Shown here in pieces: positions 40,486 to 50,523 of a DNA stretch of 51,596 nt. The translations under genes and the position numbers were made by a program. Location of the stretch: the IMG/VR virus record IMGVR_UViG_3300035144_000007, positions 1-51,596 of that record. One strand, given 5' to 3'. The notes beneath the pieces are model-generated. The model saw only the letters and a list, made by a program, of their open reading frames with translations, ran no database searches and was not told the origin of the DNA. The DNA is from a virus (lineage: Duplodnaviria > Caudoviricetes). The number at the start of each line of letters is the position of its first letter. Within the stretch, counting starts at the first letter, position 1.

Positions 40486-40631
40486 CGATTCGCCTTTTTA
40501 GTTCTGCGTTTTCTCGCTGCATTTTCTCTAGCTCGCTGAGGGCCTGCCTTAGACCGGCGATTATATCGTCGCTAAAGTCGTCGCCCTCAAGCGCCACTCT
40601 CAGAAATAGCAATTCCTCTTTGTCCATCTGC

Positions 40632-41015
40632 TCACCTGTTAGAAAGTTCGATCAATATATCCCCGTGGCAAGACGCGCCTTCTGGACACCAGCAGTAGAG
40701 GTCTTTGCCTCTGAGCGGCTCTAGCCACTCTGGCTCTCTTGCCGCTCGCTCCTCTGCGTACTGACGGAAAAGCGCAAGCGATTTTTGGATAGCTTGTTTT
40801 TTTGTCCAATAACCATCATTCGGGGCAGTCCAGTTTTCGTACATTAGCCGTTCGCCATTACTGAATCTAGCATAAGCGGCGACAATGAAGCCGCGATTAA
40901 AGCCCCCATCTTCTACTCTGTAGAAATTCCCCCACCTACTAGGACGCCCAATCCCTCGACCATTCTCTGGCATCCGCCAGCCGCGCGTCCGTTTTTGTTG
41001 TAGTCGTTTAGGCAT
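40632..41015 (-). CDS. DUF4326 protein
   Basis: GRPSRWGN and LRGKDL.CWCP...CHGDIL. Confidence 0.9.
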   Translation of the reverse strand: MPKRLQQKRTRGWRMPENGRGIGRPSRWGNFYRVEDGGFNRGFIVAAYARFSNGERLMYENWTAPNDGYWTKKQAIQKSLALFRQYAEERAAREPEWLEPLRGKDLYCWCPEGASCHGDILIELSNR

Positions 41016-41363
41016 TTTCTTTCCCCTCGTCTTTTGCAGATTGCCACCCATCAATCCACGATTGTGATAGCACATCCCCATCACGATATGGATTCTCGTG
41101 CCTTGTTTTCCCAGCGAGAAAATCCTGGTATCCTAATTCAAATGCTTCATCAGGCCATTCTGGCAATCTGTCCATTTCTCAATAACTCCTCTATCTCTGC
41201 CGCTGGCATACTGCCCAGCAGGGCCGCCGCTAGCGTGAGCGGGTCTGAATACGTTGCTACGATCTGTGCCCCAAAGTTGATGTATCTCCAATTTCCCTTT
41301 TTACTAGTCTCGACGCCGCCGACTTTTTGGGCATCCATTACGAGTGTGACGGGATATCCCATC

Positions 41364-41951
41364 CTACTTGCACTTGTGCGCGTTCAGCGCATTGATTGCG
41401 CTACGCTCAGTTTTCCTCGGTCCCGTATCAAAGCTGCACTTTCTGCACTTCCGGAAAAACGTCTTTTGCTTTAGCGGCTTGGGTGTTTGCGCTGTCTTGC
41501 TTTTGCGTTCCTCGCGTTTTGCTTTTAGCGAATCATACAATCCCGCCGCAATTGCAGAGGAAACACAGAGCGACGGGAACAGCGAACCGAGCAAAATGTC
41601 ACCTTGGAATTCGTAGCGATTGGCAACCACAGAAACCCACACGGATGGGATGACCAGGGCCGTAATGAACGGGACCAGAATACGGGCCATCCGACGACGC
41701 TCTTTCGTCCGACCACTGCCAATGCTCCAGGTTGCAATCCGAACCTCATTGACTAGCATACCGATGATAAACGCTGAGAATAGCTCTATCAGGTAGGATG
41801 ATACCTCGTACCGTGGCGATGGATTCCTGGAGCGCGAGTTGAGATAGTCGGCCAGCGCGTGGACCGATGACCAGGAGAAGGCGACAATACCGAGATATGG
41901 TATTGCCCTCTTGATGTTTTCAGTCGTTAGGTATTTCTTGAGTTGTTTCAT
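41364..41951 (-). CDS. 4-TM membrane protein with C-terminal Zn finger
   Basis: Hydrophobic segments; CRKC...AH.C. Confidence 0.7.
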   Translation of the reverse strand: MKQLKKYLTTENIKRAIPYLGIVAFSWSSVHALADYLNSRSRNPSPRYEVSSYLIELFSAFIIGMLVNEVRIATWSIGSGRTKERRRMARILVPFITALVIPSVWVSVVANRYEFQGDILLGSLFPSLCVSSAIAAGLYDSLKAKREERKSKTAQTPKPLKQKTFFRKCRKCSFDTGPRKTERSAINALNAHKCK

Positions 41952-41966
41952 TCCGTGTGGTTTCTT

Positions 41967-42671
41967 TCATTGCGAGATATAAATTTTCTTACCGCAGTGC
42001 GGGCAGAGAAAGTCACTGCCAGAATTCAGTACACAGGAATCGGAAATAGAGCCAGGGGAAACCACCCGAAACCCGATACCGTCGCGGAAGAGGACGGGAG
42101 CGCCCCTGCCCCGAAAGGCGCAGCGGGCGATGAGACGATTGAGGTACCAAGGGCCGCCGCGCATCACGCGGCAAACTTCTCTCTCGTTGTACCAACTGCC
42201 AGTCCACTCCCATATATTGCCGGCCATATCTGAGCACCCGTAGGGGCTGTTCCCCTCCTGCGAATACTTACCCACTACCGTTGTGTTGCTGATGCCAGAT
42301 TCCCACGTATTGCACAACCCTTCTTCCCACTCATTGCCCCAAGGATATTCGCGCCCATCTGTCCCCCGCGCCGCTTTCTCCCACTCCTGCTCTGTCGGTA
42401 GTCGATATTTCTCCCCGGCCTTCTCACTCAGCCACGCGCAGTATGCTATCGCATCGTGCCAGGTGACGTAAGTTGCGGGATGGGTGGCAAATCCTGGATT
42501 CATCCCATTAGGCGATTCCCACTTCCTAAGTGTTTCCTCGACAAATATTAGGTACTCCGCGTTCGTCACCGGATACTTGCCAATGCTGTACGCAGGAAGA
42601 TATACTACCTCCTTCTTCTCCCCGTACAAGAATTCTCCCGCTGGAATTGTAACCATCTCTGGCAATTTCAT
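41967..42671 (-). CDS. FGE-sulfatase (C-type lectin fold) domain protein
   Basis: IPAGEF, YPVTNAEY, RLPTEQEWEKAARG, DMAGNIWEW, GFRVV. Confidence 0.95.
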   Translation of the reverse strand: MKLPEMVTIPAGEFLYGEKKEVVYLPAYSIGKYPVTNAEYLIFVEETLRKWESPNGMNPGFATHPATYVTWHDAIAYCAWLSEKAGEKYRLPTEQEWEKAARGTDGREYPWGNEWEEGLCNTWESGISNTTVVGKYSQEGNSPYGCSDMAGNIWEWTGSWYNEREVCRVMRGGPWYLNRLIARCAFRGRGAPVLFRDGIGFRVVSPGSISDSCVLNSGSDFLCPHCGKKIYISQ

Positions 42672-42889
42672 TCTATCTCCCCTTTTAACAACCTAGCCAG
42701 GCATTAGAGACAAGATAAACCTCGTGTATTACTCCGTTTGTGTTGGCCGCCTTCTCTATCTCCTCCCAGGTAGCGCGGTAGAATCCTGGCAAATTTGTCG
42801 TCACGCTAGCGCAGGGATTTTCGTACCCTGCAACAGTGGCTGTCTCCCCGTTGAATGTATATTGATAATTCTCCACAAGCTCTCGTCTT

Positions 42890-43147
42890 CTAATCTTGTC
42901 CATCTCCCTCCTTTTCCTTTACTCCGAGCCAAAAATTGTTTGGCCGTGTTGCCCTTCTGCCTATGATGATAATATCATTAACTCGTCCGATTCGTCCCTT
43001 TAGCATAGACGGATGGACGTGGCAGAGATTGGGCCATACTCCATATTTCCGACGATGTTTTGTTGCCGCTGCGAGTATCTTCTGCTTTAGCGGCCTATTG
43101 GAGTCATCGTAAATGAGCAGACCGTTTTCTAGTCTATCTGTCGCCAC
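42890..43147 (-). CDS. Hypothetical protein
   Basis: In operon; KYG..PN.C.VHP motif. Confidence 0.65.
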   Translation of the reverse strand: MATDRLENGLLIYDDSNRPLKQKILAAATKHRRKYGVWPNLCHVHPSMLKGRIGRVNDIIIIGRRATRPNNFWLGVKEKEGDGQD

Positions 43148-43608
43148 AATTTCATCGCCCTCTCTGGTGTTTCAGCCTCTGGTCCAGATGCCTGACACCA
43201 GTTGCACCAAATATAATGCTTGCTGTCTACTATCTCTGCTATCTCAAACTCCTCTGGCTCATTTCTGCCACACCATAGGCAAGCCCCCGATTTTCCACCG
43301 TGATTGTTCCACTCTTCGGTTATACTTCTACTCATCTCTGCCTCATCAATGTATTCTACCGATGGACCACAGGCCCCACAATTATCACAGCGGCGGCATT
43401 TGTAGCCCGGGATAGCGAGAATAATATATTCTGATGATTCTGTGCATTGGCAATACGGACACGGGAGCGGTGTATTATTCTCAATGAATTGCTCTAGTAG
43501 AGCAGCAGCGTCTTCACATCCGGCGACGACTGCGTTTAGTCCTGTGGCGCTTCTAAAAAGCGACAGCATTTCCGACATTAACGTTTCTGGTATCTCCAGT
43601 CTAGGCAT
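43129..43608 (-). CDS. Lar-like double Zn-ribbon protein
   Basis: PCPYC...CDNCGACGP...WN and CLWC...CNWCQASGP....A..W. Confidence 0.65.
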   Translation of the reverse strand: MPRLEIPETLMSEMLSLFRSATGLNAVVAGCEDAAALLEQFIENNTPLPCPYCQCTESSEYIILAIPGYKCRRCDNCGACGPSVEYIDEAEMSRSITEEWNNHGGKSGACLWCGRNEPEEFEIAEIVDSKHYIWCNWCQASGPEAETPERAMKLWRQID

Positions 43609-44013
43609 CTTCTCTCTCCCCCACTGCGATTTCTCGCCAGATATTGCGGTCAATCTGTTTTTCGATAGCGTTAGCCATCCCAGGGTTATTGATTCTAATA
43701 AACTCAACAATGCTATTGGCGACCTTCTGACACAATAGAGTATGTGTATTCTGCCCGATAATCTGCATAGACATTTGTAGCGTGTCTTTTTCCCGCTGCT
43801 CCAGAACTGTAGTGGCCTCTTCTGGAGTAAGTTGTATTTGTATCGTTATCATCTCTCAGTCTCCTTTTCTTTCGCCATCACCCGCAAGCAGTTTCGGCAG
43901 GTGACCCTGTCCGGTTTATCTGTATCCAATACGGCGGCAGTATATAGCCCACACGCTGTCGTAAAATTTCGCCTGTGCTTTTCCGTTGCGTAATGAACCG
44001 TGTCTCTCATCTC

Positions 44014-44826
44014 TTATCTCTCCGTCATATCGCCTTTGTCGCCCATCGAAGGCCGGAACGAGTCATCCCGATTGTGGAATATCAGATTCCTGCCGTCGGC
44101 AAGGCGACCATAAATGTAAGATGGCAATTCCTGCGGGTCCCAGTTCATTGCAAAGAGCGTGTGGCACTCACCCAGGCAGCCCCGCCGGTAGCGGTCGTCA
44201 AAGAAGCGGGTGCGGAACTCACTCGCCCAGTTCGTCATGTTGGCCTTGTCCACCTCGTCTACTGCGAGCACGGGCGCGGAGACAATCTGGTCATACCGTT
44301 GCCGTGCAGGGACATCGGCCTCTAGGTCGAAGCCTTCTCGGATGTAGTCCATTAGATCAACGAACGTGATATAGACACCAATGAGGCCGTACTTCCACCG
44401 CATTTCGTTCACCGTGGCCTGGAGTACCAATGTCTTCCCGTTCCCCTCGCCGCCCCAAAACGTGAGGATACCGTAGGGGGCAGTGACAAACTCACGGGCA
44501 ATCTCGACCATTTTAGTCGTATCGCCCCGGTCGATAACCTGGCTAAAACTGACCTCCATTTCGTCTTCGTGCATTCCACAGCGGGCCGCTAGCTGCTTGG
44601 CTATTTCCTCCGCCTTGCACACACAGGGAACTAATTGCCCGAAGCGGGGATGGCCGACGGGAACATCAAGCCGTAGTACTCCCATCCCCTGACACCTCCC
44701 GCATTCTGGCTTGATGCTCTGCGAGAAGTTGGCGGTTTCGTTCGACTTCTTCGGGGTCGTACCTTGGAGGGAGAGGCGTTGTAGTCTCTCCTGTTCTCGT
44801 CCTGCTATTTCTCTGACGTGTTCCAT
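44014..44826 (-). CDS. DnaC/IstB-like helicase loader ATPase
   Basis: CGRC..G...PCVC Zn site, GGEGNGKT Walker A, LAVDE Walker B. Confidence 0.9.
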   Translation of the reverse strand: MEHVREIAGREQERLQRLSLQGTTPKKSNETANFSQSIKPECGRCQGMGVLRLDVPVGHPRFGQLVPCVCKAEEIAKQLAARCGMHEDEMEVSFSQVIDRGDTTKMVEIAREFVTAPYGILTFWGGEGNGKTLVLQATVNEMRWKYGLIGVYITFVDLMDYIREGFDLEADVPARQRYDQIVSAPVLAVDEVDKANMTNWASEFRTRFFDDRYRRGCLGECHTLFAMNWDPQELPSYIYGRLADGRNLIFHNRDDSFRPSMGDKGDMTER

Positions 44827-45604
44827 CTCCACCTCGCTTTTGTTTTTCTTGCCACTTCGGAGAAGCCAACCAATTGACAAGCTTCCCCACCGCAGTGATA
44901 CCGTTCCCCAGGCCCGCGTCCAGGGCATACTCAAAACGACCATCCAGGCGGGCGACGGCGTTGATGAATTTCCGTTTCATTTCCAGAGACCCGAACTGTT
45001 TAGGCGCACGTCTCCCCTTCTGCTTTGCGTTAGCTGCTAGTTTGGCGAACATAACACGGGCCTCAGGTGTATCGGGCAGGATGGTCTCCGAGGGGGGCTT
45101 AGGGGGAGGAGGTTTCGGAGAGGGCGGGGCGGCAATCTCCGCCGTAGGCGGAGAAGATTCTTGTTCGTGTTCTTGTTCATGCTCATGTTCATGTTCGCTC
45201 TCGTTTTCCAGTTTAGGTATGGATACTGTATCTATACCCTTATGATACTGTATATAATCTGTCTTAATTTTAGAATCAGGTATCAATGCTATATCGTTCC
45301 TGATCCGTGTTCGCACCTTCGGGGAAGGATTCTCGTTGTACTTTCGTAGGTTCACAACCCACACAATCCCGTCCTGGTATCGGACCTTCCCTGCTTCCTC
45401 GAATCGCTGTAGCGCATCGGTCACGTAGTCAATGCCAAGACCGGTTTCAAATGCGATAACCATAACGGGTAGCTCATAGATACCTGCAATACTGGCTTGT
45501 TCGTTACTAAAGAGGTAAATAAAGAGAAGCTTGTCGTCAGGGGAAAGCTGGAGGAACCAAGAGTCTTTCCATATCTTCGTGTGTACTTGTCGGTAGTTAG
45601 CCAC
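44666..45604 (-). CDS. Replication initiator protein
   Basis: YRQVHTKIW.D.WF..L...KLLFIYL..N....AGIY winged-helix N-terminus; upstream of DnaC-like gene. Confidence 0.85.
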   Translation of the reverse strand: MANYRQVHTKIWKDSWFLQLSPDDKLLFIYLFSNEQASIAGIYELPVMVIAFETGLGIDYVTDALQRFEEAGKVRYQDGIVWVVNLRKYNENPSPKVRTRIRNDIALIPDSKIKTDYIQYHKGIDTVSIPKLENESEHEHEHEQEHEQESSPPTAEIAAPPSPKPPPPKPPSETILPDTPEARVMFAKLAANAKQKGRRAPKQFGSLEMKRKFINAVARLDGRFEYALDAGLGNGITAVGKLVNWLASPKWQEKQKRGGDGTRQRNSRTRTGETTTPLPPRYDPEEVERNRQLLAEHQARMREVSGDGSTTA

Positions 45605-45635
45605 TTATACCCATCCTTTTTTCCCCTTTAATGAG

Positions 45636-45763
45636 AAAGACCATCTCTTTCTCATAGGCCGGTCGTCAGGTCGGCAGGCGAGCAAGCGCGAACGCCCACG
45701 CGATTTACCGACCTATGAGAAAAAAATGGTCTTTGCGCTTGCTCTGCTATTCGCCCCTGACGA
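45636..45763 (-). ncRNA. C4-like antisense RNA with upstream a1/b1 targets
   Basis: Long closing stem 45636-45734 encloses GCGCUUGCUC and CCUGACGA, which are complementary to upstream GAGCAAGCGC and UCGUCAGG. Confidence 0.7.
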
Positions 45764-45786
45764 GGGCCATCTGTTAACGTGTACTC

Positions 45787-45815
45787 ATTGTACATTATTT
45801 CCCCTCGGTTGTCAA
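45787..45815 (-). promoter_or_regulatory. Sigma70-type promoter for the C4/rep unit
   Basis: TTGACA-17 nt-TACAAT. Confidence 0.8.
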
Positions 45816-46187
45816 GTCTCTCTGCGTGATGGCGATTGATATTTGTAGTAGAGGCAGAGCATAGTCTGATAGCCAATCAGTCAACAGATCGTAGTGGTTT
45901 ATCATATCATCCGCTTTTAGCTCCCTCGCTGCCTTGGCTAGATTGACTGGCAATATTAAGGGATAGCCACGCATTTTGTGATCATCATCGTCAGGGGTTA
46001 GGTTTATAACCTCGCGATCTTCAATTGCACAGTATTCTCTTGCATTTTCATTTGTATAGATATGCAAATATACTCCTGGGCTAGTGGTGCAGTATTCACA
46101 GCCAGGGTAGATTTCTACGGCAATTGTGTAATCGCCTATTCTTAGTATTTCTTGTGGGTCACAATTATTACAGCCACATTCGCCCAT
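45795..46187 (-). CDS. Hypothetical protein
   Basis: GGGAG SD; Cys motifs. Confidence 0.7.
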   Translation of the reverse strand: MGECGCNNCDPQEILRIGDYTIAVEIYPGCEYCTTSPGVYLHIYTNENAREYCAIEDREVINLTPDDDDHKMRGYPLILPVNLAKAARELKADDMINHYDLLTDWLSDYALPLLQISIAITQRDLTTEGK

Positions 46188-46603
46188 TGTCTATCTCTCC
46201 CTTAGTTTCATCCCCGCTTCCTCCGGCGTCACTGATTTCTCCTCGGTTGTCAAGGTCTCAGGTCAAATGTTATGCTTGTCATATTTGGCCTGTCTTCCAT
46301 CCAACAACGCACCCATTCAATCTCATTTGCTGTGGTCTTTTCGACTGTCTGTATAAATCCCTCAAAGCTACGGCACATTATTCCTCCCCGGTTGTCAAGT
46401 CTTTCGCGATTCCAATTCCAGCAATAGCCGTCGCAGGAATGCCGCGCATTCATCGTGCTCGACGGCGATGTAGCCGCGTATCTCGTTGAGTTCGGGATAA
46501 TCCTCGCGCTGCATAAATATAATGAAAGTGACGCAGTTATGTTCCACTGTCGCCTCCAATTCACAGCCGAAACCCGTTCCCTTCTTCCGTTCAATATGGT
46601 ATC

Positions 46604-47074
46604 TCATTCCGCCCTCAATTCAACCCAAGAATCCCTTGCGCCCCCCGGTCTATCTTGCGATAAACCACCTACGCTGATTTTTGATGGATCATTGAAAAGA
46701 GCGGCGTACAGGCGGCGCAGGCCATCTTTGACGCCCTGCCAATAAAAGGTGTCCCGCCCGCTCCCGGCCTCTCTAGCCTCATCCTGCATTATTTTGGCAT
46801 GTATTTCTAGCTGCTGGTATAATTCAAATTCATTGTCCATCTCTATTATCTCTGCCAGCAATCGCCGGATGAAACCCATACAGACGTTTCTTATTTCCTC
46901 GTCGTCCCGTATCATTGGTGTTGTTAGCCACCAGGACAGTGGCGGGATATGCTCAATTGGGAATTCGTCACTCTCGCCGTGGTCCACGCCATAGGCGCAG
47001 TGCGGACAACCTTCGTTGTCTGGTGCTAGCTCATCATTACATCCTGGACAAAAACATCGTTCTAAAAAGTCCAT
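46604..47074 (-). CDS. Zn-ribbon hypothetical protein
   Basis: AGGAGG SD; CPGC..CPHC. Confidence 0.7.
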   Translation of the reverse strand: MDFLERCFCPGCNDELAPDNEGCPHCAYGVDHGESDEFPIEHIPPLSWWLTTPMIRDDEEIRNVCMGFIRRLLAEIIEMDNEFELYQQLEIHAKIMQDEAREAGSGRDTFYWQGVKDGLRRLYAALFNDPSKISVGGLSQDRPGGARDSWVELRAE

Positions 47075-47419
47075 CTCTACCTCCTAAATAAAAACGCGCT
47101 CTAGGCTGTGCCGCTTGTCTCAGGATCATCATATTGATAATATGTACCCTTTTCCTGATCCCGCATATCAGGGACAGAGTACAACCCTCGTGTTTTTGTT
47201 TCGCAGAGCACATCGCCTAACTCCCCGCGCGTATATCTATCATTGAACTCCTGAAAAAAGTCTTCGCGATAGAAGCCCAATTTGCCCATATTTAGGGTTG
47301 TCTCAACCAGGTTTTCAAATTCTGTGTCTGTCATCCTCTACCCCCGCGCAGGAAACGGCCATAATAGCGATATAGTCTTACGTCATTCCTTTGGCATATC
47401 GAGCATTTGTGGTGTTGCA

Positions 47420-47704
47420 TTATTTCTCCTCGGTTGTCAAGTCCACTTTGTGCCACCAGGCCACCTCGTGGAGTAATTGATGTGGTATTACGCCGCCGTT
47501 GCGCTCGGCCCTGAGCCGCATGTATCGCTCGGCTTCCTCTTCTGTATCGGCTGAAGCAAATATGCGGTGCGCCCTGCCAACAGTGCGGTCAAATATACCG
47601 CATCTCCAGGGCAATGCGTCACCGTTTCCTTCCAGCCTCGCCATAAAATCATGTTCTTCTTGCAATCGCTCTCGTTCTCCTGAATCCATAATTCTCCTTT
47701 TCAA
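47420..47704 (-). CDS. Hypothetical protein
   Basis: AAGGAG SD before the MDSGER start. Confidence 0.6.
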   Translation of the reverse strand: MKRRIMDSGERERLQEEHDFMARLEGNGDALPWRCGIFDRTVGRAHRIFASADTEEEAERYMRLRAERNGGVIPHQLLHEVAWWHKVDLTTEEK

Positions 47705-48254
47705 ATAAAGCCGCCGGGGACGCGGGCGACGGCTACAGACATCCCAAGCTACACACTAGACTTTCAATAGTAGCGGCAAGGCCCTGTTGTCAAGCGATGT
47801 GCAAAGTAGGTTATATTTTAGATTTGCGTCCCGCCTTGACCGCCCGCACCGGCCACCACGGAGGTGATGACCGGGCCGGGATTGTCAAGAAGCCTTGTTG
47901 TTCTTATAGTCCTCCTTGGCTTCTGCGATGATTGCTGAGAGATTGCCCCATTTTGCAACGCCGACGGATTGCTCTTGAGAGCCTGTTATCTTTAACTCTG
48001 CCTGTCCGCTGTCGCCATCTTCGTCAATAATTCGTACTGTGATTATAGTTGTCGTTTTCATTACTCTCCTTTTGATTGTCAAAGATCGAACTCTCTTGGT
48101 ATTTGCTCATCTATCTCTGCGGTATCGGCCAGAATCTCGAAGCCGAGCCAGTCGCAGTTGCCCAGTGCATCCTCAATAACTAGCTGTGGATGCACCCCGC
48201 CCGAATCGTCTACTAATATGTAGAAGCGGACCACAATTTCTCTTTGCTTGTTCA

Positions 48255-48848
48255 TTAGTATACCTTTACCTCTACATTTTTCCACTGGTACTCACCGGCC
48301 TGTACCAGTTCGGCCTCGCCGTCAAACACGGGCTGGCGGCGGTCAGGCGCGGCAACTCCGTGATGTTCTTTGAACTCACGGAGGGACCATTGGTTGACAA
48401 TGGCCTCCTCTACCAGTTCTGCGAATTTGTCCAGGTCTACGTCGTCACCGTTGGAAGACATTCGCAGTGCTTGCCAGTATACGCCCAGTTGCAGATCGGG
48501 GCATTTTAGATAGTCTGGTAGGTTGTCGAGAACGGCGAGCCTATTGATAGTCTGTTTCGTGTATTGACGGTATTCGCATAGACTAGCTACCGCTCCAGGC
48601 CCACGCCGTTTTGCCTCGGCGCATAGCGCGATCCGATAGAGGAAGACGTTAAACTCTAGCTCCGTCAGGTCGGCGAACTGTTGTTGTAGGTCGTCGAGGG
48701 TGATGAAGTCACCTGACGGTCCAGCATATTTACACCGGCGGCATACCCACAAATCGCTGGTCCATCCTACATCCTCAGTGACAATGTGCCACCCACAGAT
48801 GGGGCAAATCCCATTTTCTGAAAGTTGCTCGTTAGTCGGCATTGTCAT
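48255..48848 (-). CDS. Hypothetical protein with Zn ribbon
   Basis: CPIC..CRRC; helical C-terminal domain. Confidence 0.7.
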   Translation of the reverse strand: MTMPTNEQLSENGICPICGWHIVTEDVGWTSDLWVCRRCKYAGPSGDFITLDDLQQQFADLTELEFNVFLYRIALCAEAKRRGPGAVASLCEYRQYTKQTINRLAVLDNLPDYLKCPDLQLGVYWQALRMSSNGDDVDLDKFAELVEEAIVNQWSLREFKEHHGVAAPDRRQPVFDGEAELVQAGEYQWKNVEVKVY

Positions 48849-49174
48849 CCTCCCCGCCGCTTTTTCGTCCGCACATCACGGAGCGGTTGCGCGGTCCGTT
48901 GTTCAAGTGTTTCAATCTCCTGCTCTTGGCGTATATCAGGAGAAATTACAGCACGTAATCTCGCCAATGCTCGAAGCTGACGCTGTCGCTTTCGTTCGGG
49001 AAAGTTTTTAGGTTTCATTGTCGTCTCCATCCATTTGTTTATTCAGCCACTCGATTTCTTCCTCTATCTCCTCATCTGTGGCATCAAGATGAAGATACTG
49101 GAAGATATCGTTCTCGTCCGTGAACCGTCGATAGAGCGCGTCGTATTTTTTCCACAAGCTAGTCGGCATTGTCG

Positions 49175-50491
49175 CTATCCTCCTATATAGTCAGTGTTGT
49201 CATCGACGCTGGGCTGTGTATCATCAAGGCCAATGTCCTCCAGCGCCAGAATCTCGGCGGCCTCGGCGGCCACGAAGGGGTTTGTCTCCCACGATCCCGG
49301 CTCCCTCTCTGCCCAGGCCAAAAGGGCCTGGACCTCTAGGGCAGTCAAATTCTCCGTTGATTCGTGGCCGAAAATGCGGGCGGTGACTTTGTAGCGACGT
49401 GCCTTAGTTTCTTCTTTGTCGTCTTCGACATGCAGAGCTTTGTTGAGTAAGGCAGCGGCACGTTGTCGCTCTTTCTCGACCGGGGAACCCGCTTCATTGT
49501 CTGGTTGTGGCCGCCATCCCATCTCTGTCTTTTCCCACCCCGCTGCGCGTCGTAGACCCTTATTTTTCTGGCTGCCATTTATGGCCCTATCTGCGGAATA
49601 GGGCCGCTCAGTAACCAGATAATCCTCCAGGAGAGTAACCGCCGCAGTTATTTCTGCCGGCGTAGCTCGGCTTGTATCCAACGGCTCAATGGCCATTCCC
49701 CTGTCGACGGCTTTGTAGTAGAGGTAGGAGTATTTGGCAATGAGTTCGTCGCGCTGTCGTTCGGGGTCTTGTTGTTGCTGCGGCTTTCGCGCCTTTTTCT
49801 TCTTTGCGGGTTTTCCTTCTTTCAACCAATCCGCCAGTGCCTTACCAAAGTCTTCTCCAGGTAACTCAATCATCTCATCCTGGTATTTCCCTGTGCGGTC
49901 CTTGAGTACGACAGCAACGTGGTCAGGTGATAGCTCCATTAGCATGTCAAACTCGTACTCAATACCCTTTCCCTGTTCTGGTGCAAGCCCAATGCGGACA
50001 GGCTTGATTTTGCCATTCTCGTCTTGTGTGGCCCACTCCGTCTTGCTTCGCATCGTGGCGATGATGTGACAGTTGCAAGAGAGTAGTGTGTCAATGAGTT
50101 CGTGTTGCATTGGCGTTCCATCTGACCAGGCAGACCACCGATTCCCTCGGTAGCGAGTTTTGGCGATCTTGTCAATGTCAGCGAGAAGCTCTTGCCAGGC
50201 GTGGGTGAGACTATCAATGATGAGTACATTGTATCCTGCTCGATTGGCGGCCCCGATTGCCTGGCAGTAGGTGGCGATGTTCCGGGTGTCAAGCTCCAGC
50301 ACGTCAAACTCGAAACGGTCAGCGTATTTCGATGCGCTTCCTCTCTCCGTGTCAATGACGGCGATGTTACCCCCCATCCCCGTTGCCATTCTCAGAGCGG
50401 TATAGGTCTTCCCCGCTCCAGAAGGCCCGAATAATGCAAGCCTTAGCTTAGCCTGCTCCTTCGTCGCTTTCGTGAATTGTAGTTTCGTCAT
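49175..50491 (-). CDS. Sak4-like (AAA_24) recombinase ATPase
   Basis: GPSGAGKT, IDTERGS, IIDSLTHAW, EYEFD, KDRT. Confidence 0.9.
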   Translation of the reverse strand: MTKLQFTKATKEQAKLRLALFGPSGAGKTYTALRMATGMGGNIAVIDTERGSASKYADRFEFDVLELDTRNIATYCQAIGAANRAGYNVLIIDSLTHAWQELLADIDKIAKTRYRGNRWSAWSDGTPMQHELIDTLLSCNCHIIATMRSKTEWATQDENGKIKPVRIGLAPEQGKGIEYEFDMLMELSPDHVAVVLKDRTGKYQDEMIELPGEDFGKALADWLKEGKPAKKKKARKPQQQQDPERQRDELIAKYSYLYYKAVDRGMAIEPLDTSRATPAEITAAVTLLEDYLVTERPYSADRAINGSQKNKGLRRAAGWEKTEMGWRPQPDNEAGSPVEKERQRAAALLNKALHVEDDKEETKARRYKVTARIFGHESTENLTALEVQALLAWAEREPGSWETNPFVAAEAAEILALEDIGLDDTQPSVDDNTDYIGG

Positions 50492-50523
50492 TCCCCCTTG
50501 TCTCCTTTTCTAAAATTTATCCA

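Larger units (their letters stand above)
45793..47443 (-). repeat. Four dispersed copies of a TTGACAACCGRGGRGAAATAATG-like module
   Basis: TGTCAA at 45810, 46248, 46393 and 47435 with shared flanks. Confidence 0.85.

Noticed and set aside
45655-45675. CUGACGA as another hammerhead core
   Set aside because: No stem II/GAAA arrangement; it fits the b' loop of a C4-like RNA
45793-47443. Four 25-nt repeats as a degenerate CRISPR array
   Set aside because: Spacing is irregular (about 145-1040 nt), intervals are coding, and the repeat is a promoter/SD module
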